From positions 3,807 through 67,806 of the forward strand of contig JAKAFM010000002.1 of NCBI GenBank assembly GCA_021817905.1: a stretch of DNA of 64,000 nucleotides, written 5' to 3'. This DNA is from a bacterium (GTDB lineage: Bacteria; Patescibacteriota; Microgenomatia; UBA12405). Below are positions 9,825 to 20,964 of this stretch, in pieces. Under the pieces are notes generated by a model. The model saw only the letters and a list, made by a program, of their open reading frames with translations, was not told the origin of the DNA and did not search any database. Positions within the stretch are counted from its first letter, which is position 1. Each line of letters opens with the position of its first letter. The position numbers and the translations under genes are program-made.

Positions 9825-11447
9825 TCACCTATTAACTTGATAAATGGCGGTTTTATCTTGGTTATAGAGTAATTTTAGGCTTAACTTTGTAAGATCAGGA
9901 TTAAATGGTTGGAGATCTTGGTTAGCTATATAGATATAGTCAATATGATTGTTAACTAAAAATCCCCGGTCCTGAAAAATATTTTGTTGTTTGAAGAACG
10001 AGATCTCTTGATTTCGACGTGAAGTTACATCATAGCCGCTAATACTTAAATTCATTTCATCTTCTAAATAAGTGTATTTCTTACTGTAAGCTGAAACATA
10101 GCCAGTAGTATCATAGGCAAATAGCGGTATAGGGGTTGAAGTAAAGTGTCTCTTGCTGTATTCGTCGTAGGGATAGGTAACAACGATCTTGCCTGGTAGC
10201 GAACTTAGGTAGTTGAGAGCTTTTATTTCAGCTGGGGGGAGCGATGACGGTGAGGGGTTGCCAATATCTCCCTGATAGGTATCCAAATTTCCAATAACCG
10301 AAGTGATGATGATTACTAGTATTATTATTTTCGAAGCGTTATATGTTAAATAATAGGCCAAGAAAATGTTGGCGATAAAAAGGCTATAGTAAAGAAACTG
10401 GATAGTATTCCAAGCAGTGCCTTTTTGAATAAATAAGAGTGGAATAATGGTAATGATGATAATGGTAGGTAAAAGAGATAATTCTTTTAATGGTTTTAGA
10501 ATTCCTAATAATCGCCAACTGAAATTTCCTAAAATAAATAAGCATAGACCAAGTATGTCTATAATGATGAGTTTAAGGTTAAAATGATTGGTGGATAACG
10601 CTGTATTGATAAAACTAGCTACCTTAGGGATAAATACCCGGTCGGTTGAATTTAGCATAGTATGAACAAACCAAAGTGGCTGAAAAATAAATAATTGGCT
10701 TGGTTGCTGGTTGTACCAATAAAAAATTGCTAGTGCGATAATAAATGAGATACCTAATTTGTAAAAATGTTTAGGTTGGTGGAGAACGTAAAACCCAAAT
10801 AGTAGAAATATGACAACTCCGGCATATGATTTAGTAATCGGGGCTAGACAGCAAAGTAAGATAATTAGTACCCATTTTTTTTGCTGTTTAAGGAGTATTA
10901 AAAAGAGAAGTAGAACTATTAGCGAAAGGGCATAAGGAGGATTTAATTGAGTTGAGGCAGATTGCATTGACCAAAATAGAGACTCACCCCCAAATTTACC
11001 AGCTGTCAGGAGCGTATATACCCAACCAAATGAAGTGGCAAAGGTGTTAAGAAATACAAGGTACACTCCCCCTCTGGATTTATTAGTTAAAAGTAAACCC
11101 AAATAATAACTCAAAATAATAATTAGGGATGAAAGAAGTATTGGAGTAAATTGAAAAAGGATTAATGATGAATTTATATGGGTGATATTGGCAATAACTG
11201 CCACAATTATGTCAAATAGCGGATGATAATTAGTTAATCTAAGACCGGCAATTGTCGGGTGATTTATGATGAATGGATTTGTGATGTGGTTAATCAGAGC
11301 TAGATGCCAGATACCGTCGTGTCCGGTAGGTCCCCAAAAGCCATAGCCATAGGAGTACAAAAGTCCACTTCTAATTACTGGTAGTGATTGAAAAACAATG
11401 GCAATAACTAAAAAAAGAAAGAGGATTATCTTTTTGCTTTTAGCCAT
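9825..11447 (-). CDS. Polytopic membrane protein, GT-C-like (possible glycosyltransferase/polymerase) with a C-terminal extracytoplasmic domain
   Basis: 540 aa with more than 10 TM helices and a ~150-aa soluble C-terminal domain. It contains the motif GPTGHDGIWHLA. It sits inside the glycosyltransferase operon. Confidence 0.4.
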   Translation of the reverse strand: MAKSKKIILFLFLVIAIVFQSLPVIRSGLLYSYGYGFWGPTGHDGIWHLALINHITNPFIINHPTIAGLRLTNYHPLFDIIVAVIANITHINSSLILFQFTPILLSSLIIILSYYLGLLLTNKSRGGVYLVFLNTFATSFGWVYTLLTAGKFGGESLFWSMQSASTQLNPPYALSLIVLLLFLILLKQQKKWVLIILLCCLAPITKSYAGVVIFLLFGFYVLHQPKHFYKLGISFIIALAIFYWYNQQPSQLFIFQPLWFVHTMLNSTDRVFIPKVASFINTALSTNHFNLKLIIIDILGLCLFILGNFSWRLLGILKPLKELSLLPTIIIITIIPLLFIQKGTAWNTIQFLYYSLFIANIFLAYYLTYNASKIIILVIIITSVIGNLDTYQGDIGNPSPSSLPPAEIKALNYLSSLPGKIVVTYPYDEYSKRHFTSTPIPLFAYDTTGYVSAYSKKYTYLEDEMNLSISGYDVTSRRNQEISFFKQQNIFQDRGFLVNNHIDYIYIANQDLQPFNPDLTKLSLKLLYNQDKTAIYQVNR

Positions 11448-12883
11448 CGTAGTTGATTAATAAACCAATTAATTTCATCTTTAGAAAAGATCAAATGGTA
11501 GGCAATGTAAATGCATAGAGCTGATATTATTTTGGTAATTATACTGGTAATTAGTGTTAAACCAAGATGATTGATACCTAGAAGTACTAGAGCTATTAAG
11601 GCGGTACTTATTATAGGATTTATAAGGTTGGCGACAAGATTTATACGAAAATGCTTATAAGCGAGATACCAGACAATAAAAGAACTTAGGCCGACAATTA
11701 GTGAGGCGACAGACGTGCCAATATAACCATATTTTAGGCTTAATATTGGGTAAAATATCCAGGTTAGAACTGTCCAGACTATCATCATTTTAGTAGTTGT
11801 TAGTATTTTCCCAACGGCATTAAAAGCGTTGGTTAAGGGGGTGGTGACGGCTGCAATCATAAATGAGGCGGCATAAAAATAAAGAGGTATAAGTGCCGGT
11901 TCCCATTTATTATATTTTGGGACTAAATGTATTATATCTGGAGCTAAAAAAGCAATTCCAACTAATGATGGGTAAATAATAAGGGCAATAAAATAGATAC
12001 TTCTTTCAATAGTTTTTTTGAGAAGTGGAATATCATCTTGAAATCTTGAAAAAGCAGGAAAGGTTACTCTCATAAATGTGTCCATAAGCGACAGAGGCAT
12101 ACGTGGAGCTTTTTGAGCCCATGAAAGAAGTCCAAATCCTGTTCTGCCGATAATACCGGCAACCATTAAGTCAGATAGATCGTCTTTGGCTAAGGCTATA
12201 AGTGAATTTAATTGATAAGGAATGCCAAACTTGAAGAGATGTTTGACAGCCTGAAGAGAAAATCCAATCCCAATTTTCCAACCTTTAAGACGATACATAA
12301 TTATCAAACCTACAGTAGCCCGAATAAAGGTTGCCAAGGCGTATGAATAAGCTCCTAATCCAGAATAAGCAGCAACTACGGCGATGGTGTAAAACAGAAT
12401 ATTTTCAATTATGTCGACGGTTGATATTTTTTTGAAGTTTAATTCCCTTTCGAGTAATACTGAGGGAATCGTTTTAAGGGAGCTGATTAAAAAGGCGTAA
12501 CATAATGAAATAAAAATCCACATTTCTTTTGAGCCAAAATTATGAGATCGTGCTATTTGAGGGTATATAAGACCAATTATTATAATTGAGGTGATTACTA
12601 AGAATTGTTGAATGGTAAAAGAGGTCTGGAGCTCGGAATCGGTAGGAGGAGCTTTTTTTTGAATTAATGCCGGTGATAAACCAACATCGGAAAAATAGTT
12701 AAGAATGCTCGTAACGGCGACAACGATAGCAAATAGTCCAACATCAGCAGGGCTAAGAATAATCGTGAGTAAAAAGAAACCAATAACTGAAATTGCCTGT
12801 ATTCCGGCATTACGGAGCGTTAAAAATACTATACTATTGGCCGATTTAATTTTTATTTCTTCGATTTCTTGAGTGTTGGCCAT
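11426..12883 (-). CDS. Wzx-like polysaccharide/oligosaccharide flippase (MOP/PST family)
   Basis: 485 aa with ~12-14 TM helices. The N-terminus IKSANSIVFLTLRNAGIQAISVIGFFLLTIILSPADVGLFAIVVAVTSIL is typical of PST-family polysaccharide biosynthesis proteins. Confidence 0.7.
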   Translation of the reverse strand: MANTQEIEEIKIKSANSIVFLTLRNAGIQAISVIGFFLLTIILSPADVGLFAIVVAVTSILNYFSDVGLSPALIQKKAPPTDSELQTSFTIQQFLVITSIIIIGLIYPQIARSHNFGSKEMWIFISLCYAFLISSLKTIPSVLLERELNFKKISTVDIIENILFYTIAVVAAYSGLGAYSYALATFIRATVGLIIMYRLKGWKIGIGFSLQAVKHLFKFGIPYQLNSLIALAKDDLSDLMVAGIIGRTGFGLLSWAQKAPRMPLSLMDTFMRVTFPAFSRFQDDIPLLKKTIERSIYFIALIIYPSLVGIAFLAPDIIHLVPKYNKWEPALIPLYFYAASFMIAAVTTPLTNAFNAVGKILTTTKMMIVWTVLTWIFYPILSLKYGYIGTSVASLIVGLSSFIVWYLAYKHFRINLVANLINPIISTALIALVLLGINHLGLTLITSIITKIISALCIYIAYHLIFSKDEINWFINQLRWLKAKR

Positions 12884-14553
12884 AGACTTTTTGTAAAATA
12901 GAAAGCGATTAAAAGCCAGGAAACAAATGATATGTAATTACAGACGGTCCGTATTATTGTATTTTGTAATTTGAAATATAATTGATGATTACCTGGCGGT
13001 AAGGTAATCTGCATCCTGCCATACGTTGCTTCGTAGGTAAGAGGAATTATTTTTTGATTGTCATAAGCTATAAAATTAGGAAAGTAGAGTTGAGCAACTG
13101 TTAGAGTTGAGGTGATTTCATTGGTGACATTAAACGAAAACCAGTCAGTTCCCCGTTTCGTATTTGTAATTTGTGAAGAATTGGGAGGTGATTGGGTATC
13201 AACGATGGAGGTGGCTAATGTTAATGGAGCTGTATGGGCTGTTTTTGGTAAATAATCATAGATACTGCCGGTAACAAAATTGTGCCAGGAACCTGAAAAT
13301 TTTTGTTGATCAGTTATTGGACCACTATGGACAGGTTGAAAATAGCTTATATTTATTACTATTACCGAAACCAATAAATTTATGATAATTACTTTTTTAA
13401 GAAATGAAGTTATTTTAATATAATTTAATACTTCAACAATAAAGGCACTAGCAAAGGAAGCAAAAAAGTAACTTAGACTTAAAAACCTCCATGGGAATTG
13501 TATTTTTTGAATCGGAGAAAATATAAGCCAAATAATGTTAGAACGGTTATGAGTCATAAAGGCCGAAAAGAGAAAACAGCCTACTAAGAAAATGATAAGA
13601 CTGCTTTTTCTGTCAAATCGGCGTTTATTAATACTTTTGATGATAGTAAATATGAGTAGAATTAGTGGTATTATCCAGTGGAGATAACCGAGCATAAATG
13701 AAAAACCATCATTTGCACCCCACACAGAGGGTCCATCTCCCCAGAAATTGTTAAAAAGCAATTGCGGTAGGGTGACAAAATGAGCACCGTAACTATAATA
13801 ATCATTAAACATTGACTCAATTTGAACTAGTTGCGTTTCAATAAGGAGCGGAATTGTAAAAAATGCTGATAATCCAAGTCCAAGTATTCCAGCTTTAATA
13901 AAATTATATGAGTCATGAATAAAAAAAGCAGCCTTTTTTTGTGAAATCAACCAAAAAAATATCCAAAGTAATAGAAAAGGGGTGAAAATTAACACCATGG
14001 GATTATGAGATAAAAGAATACCGGCTATAGCTAAGGCAAAGATAATTATAAATTTCGTTTTTTTAGTAGCAATTAGCTGGTATGATGCGTAAAAAAGAAG
14101 TGGAAAGAAGACGGTAGCCCAAGCTTCATCCATGGCGCCGCGAACATATATATTTACAGCGTGATAAGGGGCATAAGTATAGAAGACGGCGGCGATTATT
14201 CCAGCTGTGGGGCCAAGCAAGGAAGTTACTAATAGATACATGGCAAAACTGGCAAGAATTATTTGGGTAACGGCGGTTAATTTGACAGTAGTTATAAATG
14301 AAGCGCCTAATGTTCGGTAGATTTCACCAACCATGTAGGGCATTGGGGGATAGAAGTTAAATAAGGGGTAGCCATAGCCATTACCAAGATCTGGCACCCA
14401 ACGACAGGGAATTTGACCGTCATAGATACATTTTTCAAGCTCAAGTTGCCTAATTAGCTGTAAATCATCATGCATGTTGTAATATCCTGGCTTTAGAAGT
14501 ACCCAAAATGAGGGTATGGTTAGGAGAAGAATGAGCGCAAGACGTTTAACCAT
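12853..14553 (-). CDS. Polytopic membrane protein, GT-C-like (PTPS-related/YfhO-like N-terminal motif)
   Basis: 566 aa. The motif GYYNMHDDLQLIRQLELEKCIYDGQIPCRWVPDLGNGYGYPLFNFYPP recurs in large bacterial and archaeal membrane glycosyltransferase-like proteins. It has many TM helices. Confidence 0.4.
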   Translation of the reverse strand: MVKRLALILLLTIPSFWVLLKPGYYNMHDDLQLIRQLELEKCIYDGQIPCRWVPDLGNGYGYPLFNFYPPMPYMVGEIYRTLGASFITTVKLTAVTQIILASFAMYLLVTSLLGPTAGIIAAVFYTYAPYHAVNIYVRGAMDEAWATVFFPLLFYASYQLIATKKTKFIIIFALAIAGILLSHNPMVLIFTPFLLLWIFFWLISQKKAAFFIHDSYNFIKAGILGLGLSAFFTIPLLIETQLVQIESMFNDYYSYGAHFVTLPQLLFNNFWGDGPSVWGANDGFSFMLGYLHWIIPLILLIFTIIKSINKRRFDRKSSLIIFLVGCFLFSAFMTHNRSNIIWLIFSPIQKIQFPWRFLSLSYFFASFASAFIVEVLNYIKITSFLKKVIIINLLVSVIVINISYFQPVHSGPITDQQKFSGSWHNFVTGSIYDYLPKTAHTAPLTLATSIVDTQSPPNSSQITNTKRGTDWFSFNVTNEITSTLTVAQLYFPNFIAYDNQKIIPLTYEATYGRMQITLPPGNHQLYFKLQNTIIRTVCNYISFVSWLLIAFYFTKSLWPTLKKSKK

Positions 14554-14572
14554 GGTTTATTTTACACTAGGA

Positions 14573-16027
14573 TCAGATACGAATAAGCAATAGCTGGGTT
14601 TTGTCTGGTTTTGGGTATTGGTGAATTATATTTAAAAACGATTTTGGAATTGTGATTCGGTTACTGTTTACAAGAAGGTAGACTTCGTCGCCATGGGCTT
14701 TAGCATCTAGTAGTTTAGGAGGAATGGCATCAATCTGAACACCTATGCCGAATACTGTTAATCTGGGAATATTGTTAGTATATATTTGGAGACCGTCGGG
14801 CAGGGTACCAAAATAACCCTCAGTACCGACGATGACGTTGGCCTGATGGCTTCTGGCTATTAAATATTTTGAAGCTGATTGTATACCCCATCCCGAAGTC
14901 CAATCCTGATTGTAACCAGTTTCTGTTGGTGGTAGTTGAACGGTAAACGGGTCAGTCATTAAATGATAATTTTGTATTACTGTTGGAAATAAACTTAAGA
15001 AAACAATTAAGATGATCAATTTCTTTTGGTAGTTATTTATAGCAAAAGTAACGGCAAGAATCAGGGGCGAAATAGTGTAGAGAATATATCGGGCGGTGAA
15101 TACTTTAGCGAAGGCAGCATTGGCTAGTAAAGGTAATAAGCTCCATGCCAAAAACAATGATATCCATTGTAAATCATGTTTATATTGATAATGTTTTGTG
15201 ATTTTGAAGATTATTAAAATAAGACTTAATAGTAAAATACCAATAGGAAGATAGGATGAAAATAGGTTAACTATGTCAAGTAGATGAGGTTTAAGAGGGT
15301 CAAAAGGGTGATGGAGGATTTCTGTGACCGACCAGACGTAGTCTTGATTACGAAGCGCAATCATGTGAAATTGGGGACCTAGACGGAGAATGTTATAGAT
15401 GGAAAAACTTATAAAAAAGGTGATCATCCCTAAAATGAGTGACTTTAGTGTTCTATGGAATAACAAAACGGTAACAATAGAAAGGGTGATAAAGAATATA
15501 GCTGGTGATTTGGTTAGCCAGGCTAGACCCAATATCCCACCATTAATTAGGCTTAAATCTAGTCGTAGGTGTTTTATTTGTAAGATGGTTAGTAATAAAG
15601 AAAGAGAGGCAAGGGTGGTTAGGAGATTATCGGCCAGGGCCATGCGATCAAAGAAAAAGGTGAATGTTGATGATATGTATATTAAACAGACACTTATTTT
15701 TGCGAATCGAGAAGTATTTAGATAAACACAGATCGTATAAAGCGTGGTAAGGGTTACAAACCCAGCAAGTACCGATACAAAGCGAGAGGCAAATAAAGGG
15801 TCAGAAAAAACTTTAAAAAATGGGACTGTAAGCCACATAAATAATGGTTGCTTACCATCAGTAAGAGGAATAAATCTGAGTGTTTCGACTGCTTTAATTA
15901 CCTGCGACCAGCGGATATAGATTGCCTCATCGGCAAAGACAGGTAACCTAATTAGGTTTATTAGCCGGGTAATAAAATAGACAATCGCCCATGGTAAAAA
16001 ATAGAGATAGTCTTTAAATTTTGGCAT
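14573..16027 (-). CDS. ArnT/PMT-like (GT39/GT83) GT-C glycosyltransferase
   Basis: RLINLIRLPVFADEAIYIRW contains the DE first-loop motif. The protein is polytopic and lies next to a GtrB-like GT2. Confidence 0.55.
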   Translation of the reverse strand: MPKFKDYLYFLPWAIVYFITRLINLIRLPVFADEAIYIRWSQVIKAVETLRFIPLTDGKQPLFMWLTVPFFKVFSDPLFASRFVSVLAGFVTLTTLYTICVYLNTSRFAKISVCLIYISSTFTFFFDRMALADNLLTTLASLSLLLTILQIKHLRLDLSLINGGILGLAWLTKSPAIFFITLSIVTVLLFHRTLKSLILGMITFFISFSIYNILRLGPQFHMIALRNQDYVWSVTEILHHPFDPLKPHLLDIVNLFSSYLPIGILLLSLILIIFKITKHYQYKHDLQWISLFLAWSLLPLLANAAFAKVFTARYILYTISPLILAVTFAINNYQKKLIILIVFLSLFPTVIQNYHLMTDPFTVQLPPTETGYNQDWTSGWGIQSASKYLIARSHQANVIVGTEGYFGTLPDGLQIYTNNIPRLTVFGIGVQIDAIPPKLLDAKAHGDEVYLLVNSNRITIPKSFLNIIHQYPKPDKTQLLLIRI

Positions 16028-16808
16028 TACAGTGTTGGTAGAGTCCTTTAATGTCGTTTAACTTAACCCTAATTACTTCTTTAGCCATATTGATTGATTC
16101 TTTTTTAAATCTTGACGAATCACCTTTACTAGTGCTTGTATCTTCATTTTTCCATGCTACCGGAACCTCCTTAATTTTAAAGCCATTTTTTTCAATTAAA
16201 AATAACAGTTCAACATCGTAGGCAGAGACGCGCCAACCTGAAGATTGAACCTGGTTTTTAATTGCAGCCAAATATGGAAAAAGTTGTTTTATTATTTTTG
16301 TATTAAAAACTTTAAATCCACATTGAGTATCATTTAATGAAGACAAAAGTAGGCTTTTTCGAAACACAAAAAAAACACTGGACATTATTTTACGGATTAT
16401 CGAAGTGTTGTCACGACTAACCCCTCGTGAACCAATTATGGCTTGATAATTTTCTGATATATAGGGTAAAAGTTTACTTAGTTCATTAATAGGAGTGGAC
16501 TGATCCATGTCGGTAAATAAAACATAAGGAAAGCGTGCTTGTTGAACACCACCCCAGATAGCACTAGCTTTGCCTCCATGTGGAAGATCAATTAACCTAA
16601 AGTTTGGGTTATTTTGATGGAATTTTTGTAGAAAGATAAGACTTTTATCAGTTGAAGCATCATTGCAAATAAGTACTTCCCAGGGATAACTCTGTTTGGT
16701 TAGGAAACTCTTGACCTGATCAAGGACACCTCGACGTAAATTGTTTTCTTCATTGTAACAGGGAATAATAATACTGATTCCAGGAATTGATTTATTACTT
16801 TTTTTCAT
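16014..16808 (-). CDS. GT2 polyprenyl-phosphate glycosyltransferase (GtrB/DPM1-like)
   Basis: ISIIIPCYNEENNL...VLICNDASTDKS is the dolichyl/undecaprenyl-phosphate sugar synthase-type GT2 signature. Confidence 0.75.
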   Translation of the reverse strand: MKKSNKSIPGISIIIPCYNEENNLRRGVLDQVKSFLTKQSYPWEVLICNDASTDKSLIFLQKFHQNNPNFRLIDLPHGGKASAIWGGVQQARFPYVLFTDMDQSTPINELSKLLPYISENYQAIIGSRGVSRDNTSIIRKIMSSVFFVFRKSLLLSSLNDTQCGFKVFNTKIIKQLFPYLAAIKNQVQSSGWRVSAYDVELLFLIEKNGFKIKEVPVAWKNEDTSTSKGDSSRFKKESINMAKEVIRVKLNDIKGLYQHCNAKI

Positions 16809-18291
16809 ACATTATTCTAGTCCGTCTTTGGACAGTGATCCCGCCAAAAGATTTTTCCTCTATAATTGTGCCAATTTTTTGTTGCCTTTGCAACCAGGCA
16901 TGTAACCTTTCCGGGTGTGGAGGATCAACTTCATAGAGTGTATAGAGAAGTGGTACCTGTTCCTTGGCTTGAGGAGGACATTGTTTTAACGATGTTTGCC
17001 AAGCAAAAAGATATTCGTAGGTATACGGAATGACTGGAGGAACGTAGGCATCAATATTATAAGGTGTTTGTTTAACTTGTTGACAAATATATTTGACTGA
17101 TTGTAGTTGATTACCTAGACTGACATGTTCCGGTCCATTAGGTTTAGCGCTTAGATAATAATATAGGTGCGGAAGATTTAACCATGCGAAAAGCAACAAT
17201 ACTACCGAACTTATGATAGTTGAGTAGTTTAGTGACACTAACCCGATGCTTGTAAGGATAATAAATGCAGGAAAGAACCCAGTTAAATAGTAGTCATATA
17301 ATACACCATAGTTACCAACGAAAAATAATAAAATTATAAGGGGGACAAATAACCATATAAGACTAACTTTTACTAACGCATTATTTTTTTTGATTTTGAA
17401 CAGACCAATAATGAACACTATCAGAAATATAAGTGACCAGCGTGTGAGGTTGGGATCGAGTTTGGAAATAAAGTCTTGGTAATATGCAAAAAATCTAAGT
17501 CCTATAAATTTTAGAGTAGGAACCCCCCACGACTTTCCGGAATCGCTATTTATGCGACCGGAAATAAATCCTAATAGGTTACGAGTTAATAAAAACTTAT
17601 TTTTTATTTCAAAAGCAAGTTGAGGAAGGAGTAAGACACCAAAAGCGATTGCAGATACTATTAGTTGATTAAGTGATGTTTTCTTAAATAGTTTTCTTTG
17701 TGAATAACCAATAAAGGCTAAACTGGGGAAAAAGAAAATAGCTGAGGCGGACTCAAGTTGGAGGGACAAACCAAGAAGTAGGGCAACTAATGGTAGAAAA
17801 CGAGTATGTTTATCGTTTATCATAACAATAATTAGGAAAATGATGGCGACGACAAAGGTTGGAAGTGGTGAAGGATTGGAAAACCAGCGACTAGACTTGA
17901 TTAAATTGAGACTAAATGTCCATAAAATAGCAGCGACGTAGCCAGCTTTTGTGGAGTGATATTTTTTGAGTAAGATAAAAAGTAAGGGTACCGTCAAACT
18001 TTCAAGAAAAGCGATGAAATAGCTAGCGATTGCGGGATTGCCTTTGGCGACTAAATATCCGGGAGTAATTAAATAGTACCAAAATGGTCCAAGATATAGA
18101 CCGTTTATGCCTGTTGTTGGGCCAATAGCTGGTAGTCTATGAGTATTAATAATTTCAGTGGCTTTAAGTGCGTCCCGAGCCTGATCGTAATAAAATCCTA
18201 GAAGGTTTGTTTGGTTATAAGTTCTTAAGAACAAGGCAATAATCCAGATAATAATGATAGGACCGTACTTTTTTAAAAGGTTCAGTTTCAT
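16795..18291 (-). CDS. GT-C fold membrane glycosyltransferase (ArnT-like)
   Basis: 498 aa, polytopic. The N-terminal loop RTYNQTNLLGFYYDQARDA resembles that of the paralog at 19519-20964 (FLGDQGRDV). Confidence 0.5.
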   Translation of the reverse strand: MKLNLLKKYGPIIIIWIIALFLRTYNQTNLLGFYYDQARDALKATEIINTHRLPAIGPTTGINGLYLGPFWYYLITPGYLVAKGNPAIASYFIAFLESLTVPLLFILLKKYHSTKAGYVAAILWTFSLNLIKSSRWFSNPSPLPTFVVAIIFLIIVMINDKHTRFLPLVALLLGLSLQLESASAIFFFPSLAFIGYSQRKLFKKTSLNQLIVSAIAFGVLLLPQLAFEIKNKFLLTRNLLGFISGRINSDSGKSWGVPTLKFIGLRFFAYYQDFISKLDPNLTRWSLIFLIVFIIGLFKIKKNNALVKVSLIWLFVPLIILLFFVGNYGVLYDYYLTGFFPAFIILTSIGLVSLNYSTIISSVVLLLFAWLNLPHLYYYLSAKPNGPEHVSLGNQLQSVKYICQQVKQTPYNIDAYVPPVIPYTYEYLFAWQTSLKQCPPQAKEQVPLLYTLYEVDPPHPERLHAWLQRQQKIGTIIEEKSFGGITVQRRTRIMYEKK

Positions 18292-18335
18292 ACTTATATC
18301 GATTATACTAGGGGTGTTACGATAAAATAAAGTAA

Positions 18336-19511
18336 ATGAAAAAATTATTTTGGATACTTTTTGGGCTTGGACTTGTTTTTAAACTTTTTTTATCGGTTAC
18401 CACTTACCATTCTGATTTAGCGGCATTTGCGTTGGCAGCTCATTATATCGATAATCAGGGTAAAATACTCGACTTTTATAATTTGACAAAGGTTGAAAAT
18501 GGAACGATTTTTAACTATCAACCTTTAGCTTACCTGATTCCAGCAGCATTTTATTTACCGTTTAGTGGATTATTGTCATCTACATATGCTTTAGTTCAGA
18601 ATTCAAACTTAGTATGGATTAAAAGCCAAACATTATACTGGCCACTATTGGTGTATAAGTTACCGATGATTTTTGGTGATCTTTTGGGATTGTATTTTTT
18701 AAGGAAATTACTGATTAAGAATAAGGTACGTAATGTTCTTATGCTTATGTGGTGGTTTAATCCTTTGGTATGGTACGTAAGCTATATGATGGGTCAAATT
18801 GATGTGTTGATTGCAGGATTAGTCTTAGGATCTTATTATTTTTACACCAAAGAAAAATGGTACACTTCGGTGATTTTTTTGGTACTTAGTGCACTTATTA
18901 AACCAATGGGGTTAATGTTAATACCCTTGCTGATGATTATGGTATGGAATAAGAGCAAATCATTGATTAGATCGGGAATGGTTGGTTTTATGGGTGTATT
19001 GGTTTATGTATTATCAATACTCCCCTATTACCTGACCTCGCCAGCTTACCGATATTATGCGTTCATGGCGGAGCAAATAAATAAAAGTACTTTTTCCGGA
19101 ATAGATATCGCCTCTGGAACGACTATTCCTTGGTTTTTTATCGCTTTGGCATTTATTGTTATTTACCTTTTTTCTAAAAAAATTTCTTACTTAACGGCGA
19201 TGATTACAACTATTTTGGCAAGTCTTGTTTTTAGTCATTTTCATCCGCAATGGCTTGTATGGGTGACTCCGCTGCTTTTGGTGTTAATGCAAAAAAAAGA
19301 TTTAAAGTGGATTTGGCCGGCTCTTATTGGCTGTTGGGTCATGGTAGTTCTGTCATTTGATCCAAGCTTACATAGTGAGCTGTTTTTGTTTTCATTTTGG
19401 AAGTTTGCGTTACCCAAGGCACTTTTGCCTTTAGTATTAATGGCTAGGGCAGGATTGATCGGAATTTTTGCTTTTATATTCCTACAAAGAAGTACTTCAA
19501 AACGAGCTTAA
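18336..19511 (+). CDS. GT-C fold membrane glycosyltransferase (DUF2029/GT87-like)
   Basis: WWFNPLVWYVSYMMGQIDVLIAG is shared with 924-2714. The protein is polytopic. Confidence 0.5.
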   Translation: MKKLFWILFGLGLVFKLFLSVTTYHSDLAAFALAAHYIDNQGKILDFYNLTKVENGTIFNYQPLAYLIPAAFYLPFSGLLSSTYALVQNSNLVWIKSQTLYWPLLVYKLPMIFGDLLGLYFLRKLLIKNKVRNVLMLMWWFNPLVWYVSYMMGQIDVLIAGLVLGSYYFYTKEKWYTSVIFLVLSALIKPMGLMLIPLLMIMVWNKSKSLIRSGMVGFMGVLVYVLSILPYYLTSPAYRYYAFMAEQINKSTFSGIDIASGTTIPWFFIALAFIVIYLFSKKISYLTAMITTILASLVFSHFHPQWLVWVTPLLLVLMQKKDLKWIWPALIGCWVMVVLSFDPSLHSELFLFSFWKFALPKALLPLVLMARAGLIGIFAFIFLQRSTSKRA

Positions 19512-19518
19512 ATTGGTA

Positions 19519-20964
19519 TTAACTATTCGGAACCAATTTAAAAATTTGAATATTATTTATTGCCCATTGTTGATCGATCCTGGCGATACCAAAGGCAGCC
19601 ACATCCCAAAAGGGGTTGCCGAGTGGCTGGCAGTTTTCGATTGATGGCTCGCAAATTACAAATAATTGGGAAGTCTTTTTGTCTTGAAGGGTGTATAGTT
19701 GACCTTTTTGGAGATCAATATAATACCGGTAAGGAGGATCATAATTCTGTTTGGCAAGTAAAGCCAAATTGAACGGTTGAGCATGACTTTGGTTGACGAT
19801 GAATTGACTAATTTTTTCAGTGGTTGCCAGCTGATTATTGGGAGGGTAATGAAGCGGGCTGTTAACGGCTGAAAAGTATACTAAAATGGCGAAAAGTAGG
19901 TAACCGAGATATTTAGTTTTATAAATTACATAAGCAACCAGACTAAATACTACCGGAAATATAAATCCAAAATAATGGTCGTAGATGTGCTGTTTGTAGA
20001 GACTTAGTCCAAATACACCCCAAAAAAGCCACCACCATAGGAATAATATCGACGAACGGTTTTTTTTATCTTCCTTCAAGAAAAAGACCGAGCTTAGCCC
20101 TAAAATTAGACTTACAAATACCCCCAACTGATCAACTTTTGAGGCGACTAATCGAGTGATGACTTGATTAAACAAGGGGATCATCTCTGGAATAGCTTTG
20201 TATGGTTTAAGATTAACGGTAGTCTGGCGGATTGTAAAAAAAGTAATGATAGCATGTATGTTTTGGCCATTATGTTTTATATCAAAAAGTATTTGAGGTA
20301 TAAGTGATAATCCAAAAATAAGTACTGAAAGTAATACATAGCGATAAAATCGTCTTTTGGGTCGAGATTGATATATATAGTGGAGGAGATAGGTTCCAGC
20401 TAAAGGTAGAAGTAAAAGTGCTAAATAGTGAGAATTCAAACAAAATACAAACGAAAGTGAAGCTAAGAGAAGATAGTGGTCTTTTTTTATAAAACAGACC
20501 TGGTAAATAGCGTAGACAAAAAGGAGCGCAAAAAATGGCATAATGTTGGGATTCCAGGAGAAACTGGTGTATTTTATGGCAACGGGTGAAATTGCAAAAA
20601 GAAAGGCAGCTACAAGACCGACTTTAGCATTGAGGAGCTGTGATAAAAAAACCCATAATAGATATGAAGTAGCAACACCAAAAAGTGCTACTAAAATACT
20701 TGGGCCAACAGGATTGTAGTTGGCGACTAATAAAGCTGGAGCAATCAGGTAGTAGTACCAGGGTCCAAGATACATGTTTCCGATTGAAGTTTGAGGACCT
20801 ATAGCCATGAAATGATGATTAACCAAGAAATTCCGAACAATTACGACATCACGGCCTTGGTCACCAAGAAATTCCATATAACCATCGATGTGATATAGCC
20901 TTAAAAATGCCGAAAGTAACAAGATAATTGTTAGCCAAAAATATGGTTTTTTGTAAAATGTCAT
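19519..20964 (-). CDS. GT-C fold membrane glycosyltransferase (ArnT-like)
   Basis: 481 aa, polytopic, with the N-terminal loop motif YMEFLGDQGRDVVIV. It lies directly downstream of a GtrB-like GT2. Confidence 0.5.
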   Translation of the reverse strand: MTFYKKPYFWLTIILLLSAFLRLYHIDGYMEFLGDQGRDVVIVRNFLVNHHFMAIGPQTSIGNMYLGPWYYYLIAPALLVANYNPVGPSILVALFGVATSYLLWVFLSQLLNAKVGLVAAFLFAISPVAIKYTSFSWNPNIMPFFALLFVYAIYQVCFIKKDHYLLLASLSFVFCLNSHYLALLLLPLAGTYLLHYIYQSRPKRRFYRYVLLSVLIFGLSLIPQILFDIKHNGQNIHAIITFFTIRQTTVNLKPYKAIPEMIPLFNQVITRLVASKVDQLGVFVSLILGLSSVFFLKEDKKNRSSILFLWWWLFWGVFGLSLYKQHIYDHYFGFIFPVVFSLVAYVIYKTKYLGYLLFAILVYFSAVNSPLHYPPNNQLATTEKISQFIVNQSHAQPFNLALLAKQNYDPPYRYYIDLQKGQLYTLQDKKTSQLFVICEPSIENCQPLGNPFWDVAAFGIARIDQQWAINNIQIFKLVPNS